A stretch of 50,721 bases of DNA, filler included, from Sphacelaria rigidula (lineage: Eukaryota): assembly GCA_964200075.2 (NCBI GenBank). It is 3 parts of 3 records of this genome, joined end to end, with 100 filler letters (N's around TTAATTAATTAA, not from the genome) between each part and the next. Parts side by side here need not be neighbours in the genome. Positions count along the whole stretch, not along the records: positions 33,883 to 50,721 come from CAXNAA020001242.1; 2 more parts are not named here. One strand, 5' to 3'. The translations under genes were made by a program, and so were the position numbers. Position 1 is the stretch's first letter, and every line of letters starts with the position of its first letter. Shown here one piece after another: positions 46,297 through 50,721 of the stretch. The notes beneath the pieces are model-generated. The model did no database searches and had not been told where the DNA came from. It was given only the letters and a program-made list of their open reading frames with translations.

Positions 46297-48603
46297 GGGC
46301 AATGGCCTAGAAAAAGGTATACCTTCTCGTATTTTGCCTAGAAAGAGTAGGAAAAACGACCAGAAACGCGTAAACAGCAAAACACACAATGTACACCGAT
46401 TTCACTCCGAATTTTTCACGCACAGCAATTGGGGGGCTCCTCGGCACCGGGGCCTCGAAAAAAAAAACAGAAAAAAAAAACAGAAAAAAAAAACGTTACT
46501 CACGAGATATGGCCATACGCAAAAGGACTTCTGTGAATGAAGGTCTTACCGACCAAAACTTCGTCGTCAACAAAAAATAAAATAAACGCGGAGGGATATC
46601 TTAAACGTATTGAAGACACCATAGACTGATCGTACCTGTGCCGAACCTCTGCCGAACATAACACACGCTCCATCCCAAGATACCTACCTTTAGTACGCGA
46701 CAGCTGTAATTTTTTCATCACATATTTCTCGAGACAGGAAGCAAACCGGCCTGTGGCACTTCACAGCCCCCCGCACACACACGAGACCTATTCAGTGTGG
46801 CGGCGGAGTTGCTCAATTCGCCACAGCGGATCCGAAAAGCAATAGAACGTTGAAGGAAACGCGTTGTTTACTACATTTCGTGTTTGGTGCAGCGGTTTGC
46901 AAAGTGCTGCGGCCTCCACGGCACGCTTTACGGAAACCTGCTGCCACACTGAACAGTTCTGGTGTGTGAGAAGCGCATGCATCAAACCGCAGTCCAATTC
47001 TCTGCTTCGTTGCCGAGATATTTGCGTTGAAAGATAAGCACAACAACATACTGCAACAAGAGGGGCACAACAACAACACGAGCAGCAGCTTCTATCCTCA
47101 TGCTGTTGTAACCCTGTGTACAGGTGTACTGCAGCGTCAGTCACAGGTTTGTTGTAGAATGTGTACTATAGTAATAGTACATTTTGTATGAGCGCCATCG
47201 TCATTTGGAGTGACGCGTGTACTTATGATGGATACTGATTGGCTCCTTTAGGTTTCATTTTTTCTGGATTCAACTGACTGTGTAGTTGGTCGGTCCATAC
47301 TTCCGGTATACAGTGCCCAAAATCGGGCCCCATTCACGGGCATAACTGTACCTGATGGGGCACACTGCGCGCATGGGAATCTACGCGCCAAATCCAACCA
47401 TGGCGTCGACACACTCGGATATTTTCCCGCTCATTTGCTGTTCATGAACGACACAACGACCACACTGTTTTCTCCCCGGAAATGCCTCCCGAGTCTCTCC
47501 GCATCGACACAAGAACTGGACTCACAACTCACAATACTTCGGTCTTCTGCGCTTGTGGAGGGTTACGTAACACCGTGCCGCTGCGATCTGGGGCTGGTGT
47601 CATGTCCTTCTGGGACCCTTTTCCCCCACAATCGTGTGTTGATGGCAGGTGTCCATTTGTTATGTCGTTTTCAAGTCACAAGGGTGCCAATTCACACATT
47701 TTTGTGAAATGGCATACTGTATAATTTTGACTCGAAAACAATATTAATGTACACCTGCTGTTACTATCATTACTATTATTTTTATATCCGTTACATTAGC
47801 TCGATCTCCCGAACCCGTAGTCACAAAGTGCAAGGAGCATACCACCCATACCCATAACCCAAACAGCCCGCAGAAGAAGGCGAGAAACAAAAACGTCTAC
47901 ACGAAAAAAACGCACCTACACTGCGAAAGATCTGTATGAGATCGATTGAACTACAGGATATGTAGTTGTACTGGAATCTAAGAAGTCCCCGCGTGTGACC
48001 TCTCCGGCCACTAGCACACGGTTAGTGTGGGGGGGAAGTGGGGGAAAGTGCCGCGAACATACCGTTGCGGGGAAGCCGGTCCCAAAAGAGTCAATGGTTG
48101 TGGCGTTAGGGTTGGAAACATTTAGGTGGTCGTTGTGGCGTTCGTGAACAGCAAATGGGCGGGAAAAGAGCCGAATGTGTGGACGCCATGGTTATGGAGT
48201 TGGCGCGTAGATTCCCTTGCGCGCAGCGTCCCGCATCAGGTAAAGTGTGAGAAGCGATGGCCCACGGCAGGTACTTTCTGGGCTGACTGGTGGCCCAGAT
48301 AAGGTACGATTGAAAAAGAGTTCCTAGACCAGGTATACCTGGCCGAAAATTGGTCTAGAAAGGGGAAGTGGTCTCTGGAGGCGAGACGTCCTTCTGCGTA
48401 TGGCCATATCTCGCGAGGAATATTTTTATTTCCGAGTTTTTTTCGAGGCCCGGGTGCCGAGGAGCCCCCCGATTGCTGTGCATCGAGAATTTGGAGCGAA
48501 ATCGGTGAGAATTGTGTGTTTTGCTATTTCCGCGTTTCTGGTCGTTTTCCGTACCTTTCTTAGGCAACATACGAGAGGGTATACCTTTTCTAGGCCATTG
48601 CCC
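46297..48603. mobile_element. Long-TIR non-autonomous element (arms of about 220-230 bp), or two inverted copies of one repeat
   Basis: 46297..46528 (GGGCAATGGCCTAGAAAAAGGTATACC...GATATGGCCATACGCAAAAGGAC) is the inverted homolog of 48388..48603. Confidence 0.8.
47351..48240. mobile_element. TA-flanked TIR element nested in the previous element
   Basis: TA|CCTGATG...GCGCGCATGGGAATCTACGCGCCAA...ACAACGACCAC pairs over about 110 bp with GTGGTCGTTGT...TTGGCGCGTAGATTCCCTTGCGCGC...CATCAGG|TA. Confidence 0.85.
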
Positions 48604-49529
48604 ATTAAATTACGTGAGTAGTCAGTCATTTTCTTCGTTACGAACAGGAAGAAATCTAAACAACAGTGATTTGGTGCTGTTCATATGTCAACATATCTCT
48701 TGATATTCAGCGACGATTCATAGCTTGAATGAAAACCCCGAATATGGGCAATAGATGTAATACATCTACTATTCCCCTTCGCGACGGCATCTGGCATAAA
48801 TTTCATTCTGAAGATGGAGCAAATGCTGTCCAGAATTTCCGGTTGGTGGTATACATGGTGTCTTCCCCTGCACAAGTTTTTGGCTTTCTGTCTGGGTAAT
48901 TGGTCATGCTGGGACGCGCAGACCGCCTTTCGGCGCTGAAAAAACACTCGTTATAGAAGAGTTTCATGTATCAGTATGTGGGTGATGTGCAGCAATAATA
49001 GGTCGTGACATCGTAGCGCGACAGTTCGAGGAAATTTTCATCAACAGTATGAAAACAGCTTCTCGAAATGAACGAACTATGAACAAGAAAGGTGGGCGAT
49101 TCAGCGCTGGTTCTCGCCGGAGTACAGCACAGTAGTACGGGGCATTGCGGATCGTGCCACCTCGGAGAGTCTTGCAATACTTTTTTCCGAGAGGGTTTTA
49201 GCGCTATTCACGACCTTCTTTTGAGACGCCCACTGACTTTGGGAAGGATTATCGATTCGTCAACCAGCTCACAAAAAACTTTATGATCTCCGAAAACACA
49301 CACAGACGATCTCAGAGAAACAACAAGGTACTACTATAATCACACACTTTTTTAGTTCACCGCAGGAAGGATCAGGTGATGCTATACCAGCACACCAAGT
49401 CCTTGAAGATGTAAGGGAAAAAGGGTTTGGCTACATGTACATCAGAAGCGCGTCAGAGCTGTTGCGGGACAAGCAATGAGGTGGGAAAAGTGGTTCGAGA
49501 AGCTTTGGAACGCAATCTCGACTACGCTC

Positions 49530-50650
49530 GACGACTCTGCCATCGATGCAATCGAGCAGATGTCGGGGAAAGCAGCGCTCACGACCGAGCCCTCGATGGA
49601 AGAAGTGAAGGAAGCATCGGGCAACTTGACCAACGGCAAGGCTGTTGGGACTGATCCTACGATAGCGGGGGGGGTTCCACGAAAAAATGGGCTCATAGGC
49701 GCGTGCGACGACCTAACACACTCGCGGTACCCTTGTATTTTGGGGGAAACCGGTGTCAAGCGGAATGAGTGACTGCAATTTATCGGTAACAAGCGCGTTC
49801 AAACAACAGGTAGCTGCTCCTTTCGTCGGCGACTTGAAGTGGAATTTCGTGGAATAAACGGCCCGATATACCCCCCCACACACTGTCGCAGGATGATTCA
49901 CGAATGGAAAGATGCTGGCATCACGGTGCTGTTCAAGAAAAAGGTCTCACACAAATGTAGCAACTACTGCGGCATCTCCCTAGGGCCCCACGAGGGCAAA
50001 GATGGTTCTCAAGATGGCGAAGATTCGCCGTAGCGAATATCGCGAGTGGAAGAGACCCCACACAGAAGCTCCGCGCGATTTCCGACCCCACCGGTCGAAA
50101 GTCGACATGATGATGTACATTATGCACAGACTTCAAAAACTGGCCATAGAGAAGAATGTTCCGCTGTACATGTGCTTCATCGACCTGCGGAAGGCACGCG
50201 ACTCAGTTGACCACATTCTTCTGTGAGAGATGCTCGCACGATACGGCGTCCCCGTCAAAATTATTTTCATCATCAGCCAGTTCCACGATGGCATGCGGGC
50301 GTGCGGGCGCCTTGACAGCGGCGAGACTTGAGAGTGTTTTGACGTTAGCCAGGGCCTCTGCCGAGGCTGTGTGCTTGCCCACGTGTTCAGTATCTTCGCG
50401 GTAATTGTGAGGGTGACGTTCGACCGCTTCTCGATCGATAAGGCTGCGGTGGATGACTTCATTCGCATCGCTACCAGGCGTGGGAACACCAGGGACGTGC
50501 TTTGCGAAGTTCTTCGGGCCATACTGCACGCCGACGACGCTGGCATCTCGTCGTGATCTCAACTAAGCCTGACAAAGATGATTGCGGCCACCGTCGAAGT
50601 CTGTGCGGCGTCCGGTCTCGTCGTGGCGGGAAAGAAGACGGTAACCATAC
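49530..50650 (+). mobile_element. Decayed non-LTR retrotransposon (RTE-like) reverse transcriptase
   Basis: Across frameshifts and stops: EPSMEEVKEA..NGKAVGTD, EWKDAGITVLFKK..CSNYCGISL, FRPHRS..DMM, LYMCFIDLRKARDSVD, YGVP..I..I.QFHDGMRA, GLCRGCVLA, ILHADD (degenerate YADD), KKT. Confidence 0.92.
49656..49892. mobile_element. Small TIR element inserted in the RTE relic
   Basis: Interrupts RT homology between GTD and EWKDA; imperfect TIRs CCTACGATAGCG / CACTGTCGCAGG with adjacent G and C runs. Confidence 0.55.
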
Positions 50651-50652
50651 AC

Positions 50653-50721
50653 ATGTTGTGTGTGTTGTGTGCGTTGTCGTCCCATTTATTCTGGGCACCA
50701 GTCTACACCTTTCGGTATATG
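50653..50721 (-). mobile_element. 3' end of SINE family 1 inserted into the RTE relic (runs off the window)
   Basis: Near-identical to 30790..30843. Confidence 0.8.

Overview
Repeat-dense eukaryotic genomic DNA with GT-AG introns, most consistent with a brown alga (Ectocarpus-like stramenopile); this assignment is inferred from gene and repeat style. The clearest gene is a two-exon NLR-like gene on the + strand (21582..22100 spliced to 23712..25871, 892 aa). It has an N-terminal MLKL/HeLo-like four-helix-bundle domain on its own phase-0 exon, followed by an NB-ARC domain and 42-aa TPR repeats in one uninterrupted 2.16-kb exon. This architecture suggests a sensor fused directly to a cell-death executor. 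Several spliced genes or gene relics missed by the ORF track lie on the - strand: one tail-to-tail with the NLR (26545..28758), one at about 14.4-16.5 kb, and mitochondrial-carrier-like exons at 5.9-7.2 kb. The rest is nested non-autonomous DNA transposons (Tc1/mariner-, hAT- and piggyBac-like), two tRNA-derived SINE families, (AATC)n-tailed retroelement ends, a decayed RTE LINE, a 300-bp fold-back element, two 42-bp palindromic tandem arrays, microsatellites and two artificial 100-bp gap linkers. All family assignments come from motif reading by eye; no searches were run.
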